DNA of 64,000 nucleotides from Strigamia acuminata (Eukaryota): NCBI GenBank assembly GCA_949358305.1, contig OX442314.1, positions 19,716,001 to 19,780,000 of the forward strand, read 5' to 3'. Shown piece by piece: positions 1 to 13,760 of this stretch (position 1 is its first letter; each line of letters starts with the position of its first letter). The notes under the pieces were generated by a model. It saw only the letters and a program-made list of their open reading frames with translations, ran no database searches and was not told where the DNA came from. The position numbers and the translations under genes were made by a program.

Positions 1-1705
1 TAGGCTTGTTTTTGAAGATGAAGAATCCAAAGTTTTATTAAGTTGTTTACGGGTGCGCTCGTTTTACAGATATTGCGCAGTGTGGCGGAAAAGTAAGGTG
101 GTGGAGATAGTTTTGATAATTCAATCTAGATAAAGAAAGTAATGGGTAGTAATAAAGTTTGTGTACGGATGGTAAATGGTAAGTTTATGTGTTGCTAAAA
201 GATTTTATTTTTCTTTAGTAACCAACGAGTTTTAAAAGTCAATTTCAGTTTTTAAGCAGTCAGTTTTAGTTGTGATAGAGTCAGTGTGGTACTATGTGGT
301 AATAAAAGTGTAGCAAAAGCAGTAAACATTACCACAAAGATGGTTTTATTATCCCATTTTGGAGGATAAGAGACCAGCAATTCCCTGCCCACTCCCATAT
401 AGTAGTAACCACCTTTAATAACAGTTCTTTTAAAGTTGTCCACCTTGTTTGTTTTCGAACACAGCCGTGCGTTTGTTGTGGAGATCTAGTGGCTCCATCT
501 GCTTTATTTTACAAGCAGACTGAAAGTAGATCTCATTTTGGCGAATGCTAATGGTCTGACCTTTTCTTTCCATGGACATGCAATTAGCTGTGGCTAATTG
601 ATAAAGTGTAGAAACAGTCTGTCAAGCCTGAAGGCCTTCTATTGCTTCGTAGTCGGCCAGCAGCTGCTAAGCTGCTAGCAGTCGTTTTCAAACTAGGCAG
701 TTATGGCCCATTTGGTAACCCCCCCACCAGCCATGTTAGCAGATAATGAACAAGTGAAGACTCTGCTCTTCTCGACGCTCTCATCAAATATGAGAATGTT
801 TATACAATGCTTCTGAACTTGTTTGCATCATTAAACAAAACGCGGCGAATTAATAACTTGCAGAAAGGTGTTGGAAATAAATTTGAAATTCTAAAAGAAA
901 AAGGAGATAATTGCATTTTTTTTTTTGCTAATAATAAAAATTAAAATAATAATTGAGGTTTGAAGCGCATTTGTTTCAATCTTGAATTACACACTTTCGC
1001 TTTTTGCACGTTGAAATTGATTTAAAAGACTGTTGTCTTTGCTTAATGGAAAATAAATGCAAATGGATGCCGAAATTGGATTAATCTGAAGAGGGTTTTT
1101 GTTTTTAATAATGCGATGCTCATTGAATTGTGTTTGAGTTTCGGAAAAGGCGCGAAACAATGCACTATTTTCTCGCGCCATCATTCCTTGATATAAATGT
1201 GAATGATTGACATGAGGTTTATTTTCTCCATTTACTTTGAAAGAAAAATGGAGGGGGAAAAGAATTGGGAGTGAAGAAATATTGGTTTTGAGCTCATTCT
1301 TGTGTACTGATGCACGACTGCTGCTCCTCATACATTTTCCCAAATGGCAGAGAAAGAAATTTCTGCTTGCTTGCATTCACTTTTTTCTCTTTTCTCTCCA
1401 TCTTTATCTTTGGGGAACGATATCCACAGATCAAATCTTTGTCTGTACTTGGAAATGGTGTTGAGAATAAAGAGCTGTTGCCATAGTAACCCCCACTATG
1501 ACTAGATGAAATAGTTATACAGAATGGGTTTTGTAATGGTGTAAAACAGCAGTGGAGAAACTACTGTTCCACTGTTGACAATTAACTTTGCCTTTCTTCT
1601 CCGTAGATGGAAATAAACGAGGATTTAGAGAATTTTTATGGTTTTTGTAATACCGGAATATTAAAAAGTAAAATAAATGAATTATTTTTTTTATTATTTT
1701 TTCAG

Positions 1706-4700
1706 GGAGAACTCATAGAGTTCTACTACTTATGGAAGAAAACTCCTCAAGCGGCAACTTCACGTCCTCATCGTCGTCATCGAAGACAAAATGTCCTCCG
1801 GCGAATTCGGACATGTCCACGATCAAGCCGTCCTGCTTCCAATGACTACTGTACGTACCTTTATTACACATACCGTATTTTATCGATTAAGAGCCGCGGC
1901 TCTTATTCAAAACTGCCATTTTTGTCAGCAATTACAATTTCGGTTTTTCGTTTGTTACATTTGTTTAATGATACCGTAATAAAAAATACCGTATTCTTGG
2001 TGTCTCAGTGGCGACTACTATTCGAGGGTGACTCTTAATCGGTAAAATAAGGTACTCCGTATTTATTTTGATAGGGTCACTTGGGAACCCGCTGAACAGT
2101 TTTAGATTATCATTTGTTACTTAAGGAAGAAAAAAATAATAAAAATGTGTTGCAGTCTGTGACTTGACTATTCACGGAAATGTAATACTCAGATTAGGCA
2201 CTTTATGGAAATTTGTCAGTTTGGAATCTTGCACAATGCTCAGTTTTTTGGTGTTTTTTTGCACAGAAATTGATTTTGCCAACTTAATTTTCAGTTTGAT
2301 TTACGGTATTTTTCAAATGGTCTTGTCTTCTTTTTTGTGCGTTGCATCAATCATTCGTTTTGGCTTATTACAAATACAGCGAAGCAATTTTGATTTTGAG
2401 CAGGACATAAATTCAAGCCATTTGAGACTAGAACGTTCCTTTACGAGAGCAAAAGAATTTTTTTTTTAAATACCATAAACCTATTCATTTATTGATCAAT
2501 TATTTAACACCATTCAATGGAACTGTGTGCTAAACATGTGGATTTCATCGAGTCTTCACTCTATACCCTGATTGCCTTTTTCAACCTCATGAGTTCATAA
2601 GCAATACTCAAGAGGAAAGGCGATAACTTCACTTTTGATCTTGGTCACATGACAATCTGTAGTCCCAACAGATATACCAAACTTTTCAACGCTGTTTTCC
2701 CCAGTGTGTGACTTGTGTGTGGGGGTGATTCAATCATGTTTCAGATAGCAGCAACTTTGGTGAATGTTGTAGATGGATTATTGAAAAATGGCTTTCGACT
2801 AATATTTTACTGTTGCAATCTGACTAAAGCCTGATTCAACGAGATCTTTATTGGGAATGGGATTTTGAACCCGAGCTTAACCCTTCACAATTATTTCTGT
2901 TCCGTTTATCGAGGATTCTTGTCTTATACCGTTGGTAAACATCTTGAAGCATAATAGCAACGAAAGAGGTCTTGGAAATTGCGTTTGGTGTGAAAAATTG
3001 AATGAGTTTAAGTCTAAGCACGAGCGTCATTGCAAACGAAAGTATTTTTTTTTCTTTTTCATTACTTTTTTTTTGGTTTTCATCTCTCTTTACCCCTTCT
3101 GTCGAGTTCTTGAGAAAGCAATTTTCTTGCACGCTTTTTGAAGCGCCATTTTTTCCCTCTTTTTTCCCCCTCTTCTCTTTACCATTTATCTGAGGCAAAG
3201 AAATGTTGTGAGATGTTGAGTTTGGGTTTAAGAGCTTTGCTTTGCAACAGTGATTGTCTGCACGTGGTGCAGAAAAATAGGGAGAAAGAGAAAAGCTAGC
3301 TTTTCGTTTGGGACGTGGCTTTTGTAATAACGTCCTCTACTGCTTTCACTCTGGATCAAGTGTAAAATTGTCACATTGTGTAAAATGCTGTGGTCTTAAG
3401 GCGGGGAATTTGGGCACGTTTACCGGAGTCGGGCGAAGAAAGAATGGAAAACTTATTAGATAAGCGGCGATTTTAATTGTATTCATTGAACGAGGTGAGA
3501 ATCACGAAGTGAGTGCCATCGGGTGACAATGATGAAGATAGGGTCCACAAGGTTATCATCGTCTCAAGCTTGCTTTTGACCTTAGTTCCTTTGGCTGCAG
3601 TATCTATCTGCTTGTTCATCATTGATGTGTTCTGTGGCCAGGGTTAACTGATAACCCTTGAAAAACAACTGCAACTTGATATAAATTTTTTATTATATTT
3701 TTTCTTAGTAGAAGTTTAGAATTAAACCCAAAATGTATATATTTTTTTGGTTTGGTTTGTGGTTTTAGGGGTAGTGTATTATTTTTTTTTTATCACGGTG
3801 CTTTGTATTTTTATTTTTTAAAGCAGCGAGCATGTATTATATATCGGTGGGGTTTGGTAAAAGCAGCCATTTTCGTGTAAGCAGCTTTCTCTTGTCTGAC
3901 TTTACAAGTCAAATTTAATCATGAGGGAGATGCGCATTGAAAGAGACTGTCATTGAATTAGTTGCTTCACTACTAGCTACTGGTTGGCTTTTGAAGTCAG
4001 GAGTTTCTTTTGTATGTCAATCATTCTTTTGGTGGAACTCGGGGAGTGAGAGGAAGTAGTTTCACTCCCTTTTATGAATTGTTGGATGAAAATTAATATT
4101 TAAAAAAAAAATGGAAAAAATCCGGTGGAAAATTACTAAATATAAATTATTAAGTTAACAAACGTCTTTGTAAGCTACAGTGATCGTTTCAAGGGGTGAT
4201 GTATATAGACATATTACAATTTTTATAAAGCTGCATTAAGCCGAGTTGCTTCTGCCTTCGCCGAGCTTGTGTCTTAGATAAGCTTTGACAGAGTGGTCTG
4301 CCTAAAAGCTCTTAGTGAAATGTTTCAAACTAAATATTTCATGCTACATCAAGAAGCTCCTTACAAGCCAGAAGATAATTCATTTTTAATTTTTTTCTTC
4401 TTCTGGTTTGTTGTTGTTGTTGTTTTTGTGTGCTTGTTGTTGCCAATCAAATATGCAATTTTTTTTTTTATTTCGTTGGAGAACGAAATATAAAAATGCA
4501 GCTCTTTTTATTAATTTCGGTATGGATTATTCAGAAGGGTCTTGGTTGATACGTGAAAGGGGAGGTCGATGTCATTGGTGCAAGAGACTGTCGTGTGCGC
4601 ACGTGAGTTGGAATAAATAAAATGGATTCATTTTTATTTTAAGACTTGAGGAATATAAAATAAGACTAATAAAAAATAAAGGGGAAGATGAAAGAAAGGG

Positions 4701-7700
4701 AAATAAATGTTGGATTTGGAAAATCAATTCACTTGCTGAGGTGAGGGGTGAATTTTGAAGCCAAAATTAAAATTACAGATTGATTTATTTTTTTATTTTT
4801 ATTTTTTATTTAAATTGTGAAATAATAATTTTGATTTTGGTGTATTTATTTTTTAGTGGACTTAAGTTCTGCCAGTGAAGAAGATAACGACTCTGATGAT
4901 TCCGATTCCCGTGGTCTGAGTGGTTACGCATGCCGCCATTGTTACACGACAAGTAATTTGCGCTAATAACGTGTGATCGCTAGCAGGTGTTTAATCGTGA
5001 CTCGTTCGCATTCGTTATCAGCTTCCAAAGATTGGCACCATGCAGGTAAAGACCGTGTCTTACTCTGCACAGAGTGCCGCCTATTTTTTAAGAAATACGG
5101 TGAGCCTCGGCCACTGACAGAACCACGTGAGCCACCTGCCTTCATGTTCAAGCCCGTGCAAGACGAAGACGGAAACGCCGTCAACGGGAAGCACAGTATG
5201 AGGACACGAAGGAGCAAAGAGACTGTAAAGAAACTTTATTTATGTTATTGAATGTTTGGATTTGATTTGTTTTTCTAAATGTATTTTTAGAATCAGAATC
5301 ATCGTGGCCGCTCCAAGTCTCGTATAAACATAGTTGATACAACTGACCATTCACTTAGTCACGCTAAAGGCCGCAAATCGCCGAGTACTGGAAGTACTTG
5401 TAGCACAAGTAGTGCAGATAAGACGGAGAGGTGTAAAAAGAAGGTAGCGACGAAGATAATTTCTTATAAGGTAATTGTTTTGATTAATTTTGATTTTGCA
5501 GCCTAAAGCCGAAATTACGACGAAAGGAGTCAAACGTATTAAAGAAGAGCAAAGGAACTCGGAGCCTGAGCCGGAAGATGAAAAGACTCCGAAGAAACGG
5601 TGCAAAGGCCTGGTACGGATGAGAATTTAACGGGACGTTTTAGCGTTGTATTTATCGTTGGTTTATTTTGGTAGGATCATCCAGATAGTCCCGCAGAATT
5701 GACGACGACAGAAAGCGGCAGTGTAAGCAATGAAGAGAATGGTAACGATGGCGATAACGAACACGACGGTCGTTCGCCGAGCGTAAATAGTGCGCCCTCG
5801 TCGCCCACTAGCGTAAACAGTGCGCCTTCATCACCTGCCAGTGCTCACAGTGCGCCTTCGTCGCCCAGTATATCAAGTCCAACACCCATAGAAAATGCCG
5901 AAGTGGCGGACAAAACTGAACTCGTTACAGTTAATACTAACAGTAATAACAACAACAACAACATTGACACTAACAAAGTGACTGCCAAGGTCAAATCGGT
6001 GGAAATGCTGCCGACTAAAATAATGGGTGCGGGCAGTCCACAGAAACCGGAAATGAAGCCTTTGTCGGTGCGCGTGGAGCCGTTAGCGCAAGTCATGTAC
6101 ATGGCGCCTAGCCCGAAGAATAATCGAAAAGTGAACGAGATTAAGATTGAAATTAAACAGGAGCCGCCGGAAGATGTGTCGGAAACAAGCATGGTCCTTC
6201 CACCGCCGCCGTATCCAATCAAAGAGGAACTTCCATCGCCCACGGACTCGTCTCCGACCGCCGAAGTGACTTCGTTTGTTGACAGAGCGAGCAGTGTCAC
6301 GGCGCCATTGAATTTCTCGCCGAGACCGCCGAGTCACGGACTTCCGACGCAGCCAGCCGGCATACCACCGATGGCAGTTGCGGTGGAAGGGACGAGGGCA
6401 GCGTCGCCTCAGCCAGCCGCCGAGGTGACTCTTGCGTCATCCACTTTGATGCAGCAACAATCGGCTCCATTAGCTTTGGTGAGCCCGTCTCACGTGGCTG
6501 CGGACGAGTTTGCTTCGACTGTCATTCAACCTCCGGCGAAATCTCCTCGCCCCAATTTCTTACATGTGCCTACATCGTCGCCTGCGGGTAGTTCACCGAA
6601 ACTCGTGTCTCAAACACAACAAACGTCGACAACGAGTTCATTGTCACTGTCGTCGTCGTCGTCGTCGTCATCCTCTACTTCGTCTTCGGGTCATTCATCA
6701 AAACCACCGACGCCGTCGCAACAATCGCTTCCTCCGCCCCCTCCTCAGCATCCCTCGCATCATCCGTACTCGACACCGTTGCCTCCGGCACACGTGTCGG
6801 GGCTCATGTACCCGCCAGTGCCTAATGCCTCTCATCCGTTAGGGTTGGGTCATCCGCACATTTCTCCCCATGCAAACGCATCGTTGCTGATGTCGCCGTA
6901 TCCATCGTACCCATTGCTGGCCGCACCGGGGCATCATCATCCACATTCAGGTATTCCGGGCTTCATGATGCCGCATCACATGAGTTCTCCTCACCAGTCT
7001 CACCAGCACCACCAGCACCACCAGTCTCACCAGTCCCACCAGTCCCACCAGTCGCACCAGTCTGGTGGCCATGCTGCACCGCCCCATGCGCATCAATCGA
7101 GCAGCCAGCGGCCGCCGTCGCAGCCGCCGGCAGCACACTCAACCGGATATCAGCATTCACAAGCATCGCAGCATCAGGTCCAACAGTCGTCGTCTATGGC
7201 GAGTCAGCAGAATAAGTCTCCTTCACCCATGAGTCTGCACTCGATACCACCGCCGTCGCAGCAGATGGTTTCGCCGTCACCCATTGGTCCACCTCCGCCG
7301 CTCATTACGCCTCCGGCTGAGGGAAATGCTCGACCGGAGCCTGTAGATATCGAGCCGGAAGAGGACGAAGAGGATGTGTCAATACAGAGTCGGGGACCAA
7401 GTCCTGAGGCTAAGGTCGATGATGCAGAATGCCATCGGAGTCAGTCGGCCATGTGAGTTTTTCTTATTTTATTTGTATTTGTATTTGTATTTTACTTGGT
7501 TATCTTTTCAATCAGATTTTTACGTCATTGGAACCGGGGCGAGTTCAACTCTTGTTGTCGAACTGATTTGACCTTTAAACCCGTTCCTGACTCCAAGCTG
7601 GCGCGCAGGAGAGAAGAGCGAATGCGCAAACAGGCCGAAAAGGAACGCGAGGAACGGGAAAAAGCGGCGGCAGCTGCTGCTGCTGCGGCTGCAGCGGTAT

Positions 7701-9614
7701 AAGAGAGCTCGGAAAGAGTGAATGAATGAATGAATGAATGAATGAATTGTTTAAATTGCAGAAAAACGCGTCCAGTGAGATGAAACATCCGTCTGGGGAA
7801 AAGAACCTGGATTCAAATCAACATCCAGGCTCGACCTATGATCGGTACACACCTCGCGGCTACCCCGACACGCCAGCGTTGCGTCAGTTAAGCGAGTACG
7901 CGAGACCGCACACTGCCTTCTCGCCAAATGTGCCCCGGTCTGCACTTGGAGGTCTATCTCTTCCTCCGCACGGACTCGACCCCATGCTACAATATCAGCT
8001 TACGTCAGGCCTTTATAACCGAGAAAGGTAAGCGGGCGTTGCGTTTAGTTTTGTTTTGTATTATTTTGTTTTTGCGTTGGTCTTGTGCCTTGAAATGTAA
8101 ATTGTTTTCCAGGCTCGAAATGGAATTGGAACGTGAAAAACGCGAACAGGAAATGCGAGAACGCGAACTCCGGGAGCGCGCACTGCACGACAAACTGAAG
8201 GAAATGGAGATGAAGGGGCGCGGCCTGGAGGCGGCTGGCTGGCTCGACTTGCCGCGTCGCTACGGGCTGGGTCCGGCAGGTCCTGGGCTGCCGTTTCTGT
8301 ACGCGGGGCCAGCCGGGGGCGGGCTGCTGGAGCGGGAGCGGCTGGGCTTGGCGCCCCACGCCGCCGATAGCCCCTACTCTTCATCAGTGGAGAGGCTGTC
8401 GGCGGAGAGGCTGCATGCTGAGCGTATGGCGCTCGCAACGGATCCGATGCTGCGCTTGCAGATGGCCGGCATCACACCTGAGCTGCATACGCACACCCAC
8501 GCGCATACACATGCCCACGCCCACACCCACTTACATCTGCACCCCGGTGGCCACGAGTACGCTCCCGGCCTGGCCCCTCACCCAGCCCATCTGGCGTCCG
8601 GCGATGCCTCGCATCCGTCGGCGGCACATCAGGCAGCTGCCGCCGCCGCCGCCGCTGCCGCTGGGTCTCACCCTTTCCCGCCGGGGGCTTTTCCCAGGCC
8701 GGGAATGTTGCCAAGAGATGCTGGTCTCATACATCCGGCCTTACTTGGTCGTCCTTATGATGAGCCACTTGCTCATCAGGTAAGTGATTTGTGGTTCAAC
8801 GCACTGCCAAGGTTAAACGTTTGCTTGCTATGTGAGTGTTTCTTATTACATTTGTCGGTGTGCAAACATTTAAAATTACGTGGAGAAAGAAAGAGAGAAA
8901 GATACAGTAGATCAATAACGAGTGAACATTGGAAAACTACCGAATGAAATATTACATCTTGAGTGTTTTAAGAGGACTAAAAACGCTGCACTAACTCATC
9001 GTTTGTTGCCTTATCACTATTGAAATCATTTCAGCATGCAAGTATGTCAAACGCTCCTATGAATTGAAATTGAAATTGGAACCATTATTATTATTTTATT
9101 TATCTCTGTCTCTATATTTTGTAGAGCGTTTGACATCCTTAACATCTGCACATAACATACTGAAATTCATTTGCAATTGGGTGAAATGCAGCTTAGAGTT
9201 GTTGCTGTGCTTTTAAACTCTTAAAAACGTCACGTGGTAATATTTTACACAGTGGTTAGATGTACGGTTGTTACCCAGTTAGCATGAGGAGTTGTAGGCG
9301 GACGTGGCACTAATTTGTCATTCATTTTTATAATCAGCTTGCTGCTCATGAACAGTTACAGCGGCAGTTGTTAATGGAAAGAGAACGGTTTCCTCATCCT
9401 GGTGCTCAATTGCATCCGACATTAATGGCGCAACATGAAGAATATCTCAGGTACTTGTGAGTATATTTAAGGATTACTTTTATTACGTTACAGTACGCTT
9501 TTTTTTATCAGACAACAACAGCAGCGAGAGCGGGAGATGAAGATCCGGACGTTGGAAGAGGCCGCACGAGGTGGCCGGGCTTTTGACCATCTGTCATCAA
9601 TGGACAAGCGCTGA
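1706..9614 (+). CDS. RERE: RERE / Atrophin (Grunge) transcriptional corepressor, 3' portion; upstream exons lie outside the window
   Basis: GT-AG exons assembled in frame: 1706-1850, 4857-4952, 5022-5224, 5291-5443, 5502-5612, 5675-7452, 7516-7696, 7762-8027, 8113-8779, 9338-9450, 9512-9614 (TGA). Encodes SANT end ([13 protein letters not shown]), GATA-like finger ([18 protein letters not shown]...[13 protein letters not shown]), Atrophin motifs ([46 protein letters not shown]), RE repeats and HTHAHTH tract. Confidence 0.96.
1873..2052. mobile_element. 180-bp MITE of Tc1/mariner-pogo type in a RERE intron
   Basis: Left end CCGTATTTTATCGATTAAGAGCCGC versus reverse complement of right end CCTTATTTTACCGATTAAGAGTCAC (21/25 match); TA on both sides (1871-72, 2053-54). 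Confidence 0.8.
7720..7747 (+). repeat. (GAAT)n microsatellite in a 65-nt RERE intron
   Basis: gaatgaatgaatgaatgaatgaatgaat seen directly. Confidence 0.9.
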
Positions 9615-11495
9615 TGAGACTTTGAATAGCAGATGGTATTATTTTGTCAAAGGATGTGCAAATGAAGTGTTTAGTTTATGATTGGTCGGCTAACACTGCA
9701 AATCCTGAAACACAAGTAAAATTCTTGAGCCAAGACAATGAGTGGATCTCAAGCTGAACTTGTGTGTGTGTGAGAGAGAAACTCGAAAGTTGAGGAGGGG
9801 AATCCCAGTCTGAAATCCCTACACACTTGATATTTGTAATCAAGAAATTTTATTCTTAATTTTATAATAGGTGGTTTATTTTCTTCAGGTGAATTTTTTT
9901 AATGAGTTTTTTTTGTTGTTTTTAATATTCAGGTAATTTGTCTTGCACAAGTTTGTTTGTTTTTTTAAGAAAATTTATTTGTATTTTGTTGTAGACTTTT
10001 ATTTAAAATGATCGGTATATTTTTTCATTACTAATTTAATAATTTAAGAAATTGACATGACTTTTTAAATGTAAAAAAAAAAATGAAAATTCATGAGAAT
10101 ATTTTGCAAATTACTGCGAAATACTTGAACGGGTTATTTAAGCATTTTCGTAAAGAAAAGTCCCGCTTTTAATATTTAAGGAAGAATATTTTGAGCTTTG
10201 AAGCATATCACTATTTTTTTTAACCACTGCCAACAAATTTTTAATTACGTCATTTATTTCCACACGTTTCGTTTACACGCATTCATCGATGCTGTATATA
10301 GTGTATTCTATCGTGGGGGGTAACGGTATCAAAAGCGGGTTCTATTTCAAACAGAAGTAACAAATAAAAAAGAAAAAAAATAGTTAACAAGTTCCTAGCT
10401 ACTGTGTTTCACCTTCAATTTAACTCTAGATTTAATTTTTAATTTTCGAAAAAAGAATAAAAAGGAAAAGAAAAATCAAAGTGAAAGAACAAGACTAAAT
10501 TTTCATGGAACTTTTTTCAAATGTGTATGTGTTTGTACAAATGACAAGAAATTTTCCACAATGTACAAAATTTTAAATTTAAACAACTGCCTTATTAACA
10601 CGACAACATAGAAGCTAAAAATCTGTTAGACATTTGTCATACGGGAAGAAAATACAAAAAAAACTATCTAAATGTACGTCTGCTTTTTAGTGTTTTTATC
10701 CATGCTAAAAACATATGCTAAAATAGAAAAAGAAAAAGCTAAGGAAAAAGAAAAAGAAAAAAGTTTACATTATAAAAATGAGAAAATATTTTTCATTTAA
10801 AGCATGGTTGCATAAAAAGTGTCTCTATAGAAGAAAAAAAAAATGAGTGTTCTTAATAAGTAGTTGCCTTAAGATTTTATTTTGTTTTATTGATTTATTT
10901 AATTTTAATTTTAATTTTGATTTTATTTTTTTCTTTTAATTTGGTTCCATTTTTATCTTTAGGATTCTGTATTTGTATATAGGGAGTTTTCTATAAAAGC
11001 TGAGTACTGGTAATAACCCACAAGAAAAATAACAAAATTTTGTGTCTGATTATATGAAAAATTACATTATTTGTGAATAAAGTATAGGTTTGAAACCAAA
11101 AAAGTACAAAGAATAATATGATTTATTTTTTTATTTTTTATTTTCAGCTTTAAACTTGCAAAATTCTCACTATAAATTCATAAACAATCACTTTTACAGA
11201 CACGGGACTCTATACACGACTTGAAATTGCTTTGAGTTGGGTCAAGAGAGCCAAGTGGTAACATAATAGGAATCTAAACAAAAAATAATTGTCGGCTCGA
11301 AAAATGTACAAAATTTCTTGCTTATTGCATTGTTATTTTTGTAGTATTGTTTTATTAAAATAATGTGTATGTACTATACAATTATTCTTAAGTGTTTTAG
11401 TGTTAAAGGATGGAGTTGTGTAATACAAATAACAAAACATACAAATCTGGTTTGGTTTGATTTCATTTTAATTAGACAAAATTTCAGATCAATGT

Positions 11496-12817
11496 ATGGG
11501 GATATGGTGCTGTTGTAATTTCAAATCTACTCGGTTTGCATCTAACCATATAACCAACTAATAATTATTATTATTAGTTTTAATGAATTTTATAATTTCA
11601 CATATTTTTGCATTCAGGCGAAACTCGGCGATATACATGAACCGTTTGCTTTATGTAAACACACCGACTAAGAGATTTCATTCGAACTATTTACATGTTT
11701 GTAAAATTGATTTTCTAGATGATGATTCTGCAGATTGCGGAAACCGGAAAACAAATTGAAATTAAGGTTCCTGTTATACTCGACCGCAAGCAGGAAAGGG
11801 AGTATTGGTTGCTAAGAAAAGCGTTAAAAAAGGAAGATTCCACTGTTTTTATTCGCAGTATTAGTGTTAAAGTAGTTTATCTTGCGCTCAAGGTATTTTC
11901 TTTATTTATACGGGCATTTCGCATTTCTTATTATAATTATAATTCAGAGTTATCTGGAAGAACTACCAACTCCAATGCTGGTCCATAAGATAACCGATAC
12001 TCCCTGGTGGATCGGACTAGCCGATGATCTGGTTCTTACATTTGTTTTCCGCTCCGCTCACACACCTTCTGTAATGAGAACTTTATACGCTGAAAAAATT
12101 AAACGGTAAACGAGTCGATGATTTCTCAAACGTGCTTTGGTGTAGTATATATACGCTACACGTCTTATAACTTTTTATAGACGATTGAGAGCACTGGAAT
12201 CTGCTAAATTTGTTTTAGCTATGTGTGTGATAAGTATGTTGCGATCGATTACGTGGAATCAAAAATATCGACGCTTTAAGAGCGACCTTTTAACATCCCT
12301 CATTGACGATCTGAGAGACGCATTTCTTATAGTACCTAAAAATATATTTCTACCAGTAAGTTAAATCTACTAAGAGTTTATAAGTTTACTTTAGAAATTA
12401 TGTATTAGGAATTAGATACTGTGATTGTAATTATCACGTTCATGGTTCAAAATGCCAATATGATTTTTGGTGCTGAAGTAGACACGTGTGTTTTGGGCGT
12501 TAATCGACCATTGTCGTCGGGCGTGGTTGATAGAACGCGCGTAAGCCCTGAACAATTATCCGCGATAAAGATAGTGAGGACAGACAGCATTCTGGATAAA
12601 ACGAGTACTCCACCAAGTACTCCAAGAGAAGGACCACCACCTATTGTAAGAACGCAAAGTACGCCACTGTTCCCTGTAAGCATTTCGATAATAAGCTCTC
12701 ATAATGAAATATATTTATATTTATAATAAGTTACTATTTGCAACATTTCAGACCTTAATTCAGCGTCCAGAGGCTTCACTGACATTAAATTCGAAATATC
12801 AATCCAAGCAAAATTAA
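11496..12817 (+). CDS. Divergent RhoGAP-domain protein (probable pseudo-GAP), 304 aa, N-terminal MGIWCCC
   Basis: Seven GT-AG exons in consistent phase: 11496-11533, 11618-11654, 11719-11892, 11948-12105, 12181-12355, 12409-12675, 12752-12817 (TAA); AATAAA at ~12839. The spliced protein has VKVVYLALKSYLEELPTPML (RhoGAP consensus vhxvaxlLKxyLrELPePLl) and VIVIITFMVQNANMIFG (consensus vvexLIxnxxxiF) in the right order and spacing. The first two small exons are less certain. Confidence 0.75.
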
Positions 12818-13023
12818 AGGTAAATTTCATACTTGCACAATAAATTTATTCGCGCCCCCAATTGCCCGACATGACACACATTTAAGTGTACTCGTTCTTG
12901 AGAATTCACTTGAATCATATCAGCTCCTTTTGGTTCCAGCAAAAACCATCCAAATTTTAAGGTTTGTGCCTTTTTCTTTCAATAACACCGGATAATGTTT
13001 TCGCAAATTTTTTTTTTTTTTAG

Positions 13024-13281
13024 ATGTCGCCTATGTTTCCATTGATGCTTTTCATAACTTTACAATTGCCATATGAGGTGGTAGGAGAGACGCCAGTGCC
13101 GCTCAGTTGTTCTTTGTGTGATGGCTCACCTGATTTGGTTGTTGAATGCTGCACTGCTAGTTTGACGTGTTGCCATCAAGCTGGGGACATTTGTCTTACT
13201 GATTGTGAATTTATTAACAATTCAACGACTGAGTTTTGCTGCTCTCTACATAAGAAATGCTGTCCGTCAAAATATGTGTAA
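13024..13281 (+). CDS. Small cysteine-rich (12 Cys) putative secreted peptide, paralog 1
   Basis: ATG directly after an acceptor (intron ~12962-13023); hydrophobic N-terminus (weaker signal peptide than the paralogs); CSLC-x9-CC-x5-CC and CLTDC-x10-CC-x5-CC; AATAAA ~13345. Confidence 0.8.
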   Translation: MSPMFPLMLFITLQLPYEVVGETPVPLSCSLCDGSPDLVVECCTASLTCCHQAGDICLTDCEFINNSTTEFCCSLHKKCCPSKYV

Positions 13282-13760
13282 AGGTTCGATGTTCACTATC
13301 TTTTGTACGTGATTATGGTGTATGTGTGCATTTTCTCAATTTTTAATAAATCGGTAGTGATATGTAGATTCGAATTACATTTATGAAGATACTTGGCAGA
13401 ACTGAGGTTTATTTGTTAGATTGAGAAGCTTGAATTGAATCAGTGGCGAATTCCTACAAAGTATAAATTGTGTTTATAGTTTATTGTGTATTCAGTAAAA
13501 TTTTAGACAAAATAGTTAATTGGGTCGCACTTGAGGAATGAAAAGGCTTTTATTATTCTGATGAAGTTTATTGATGACACTCTTAACCATATGTACATAT
13601 GCTTGCTTCAATCAAATGACGTGCATTAACAGGTGTATACTAAACACAATGACAAGCCTCTTTTGTGTAGCTCTTTTTCCTTGAAGTTGTTTGCTCATTG
13701 CTTATTCAGTTGATTATGCGACACTCGCTTCAGTTACTTTCCCATCGTTTGCATCAAAAT

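Noticed and set aside
9615..11100. miR-8 sites in the Atrophin 3'UTR (known in Drosophila)
   Set aside because: I did not find CAGTATT by eye.
11210..11257. Exon-like segment translating TGLYTRLEIALSWVK, like a trypsin C-terminus
   Set aside because: No room or motifs for the rest of a protease; splicing to the 11487 acceptor creates TGA; more likely 5'UTR.
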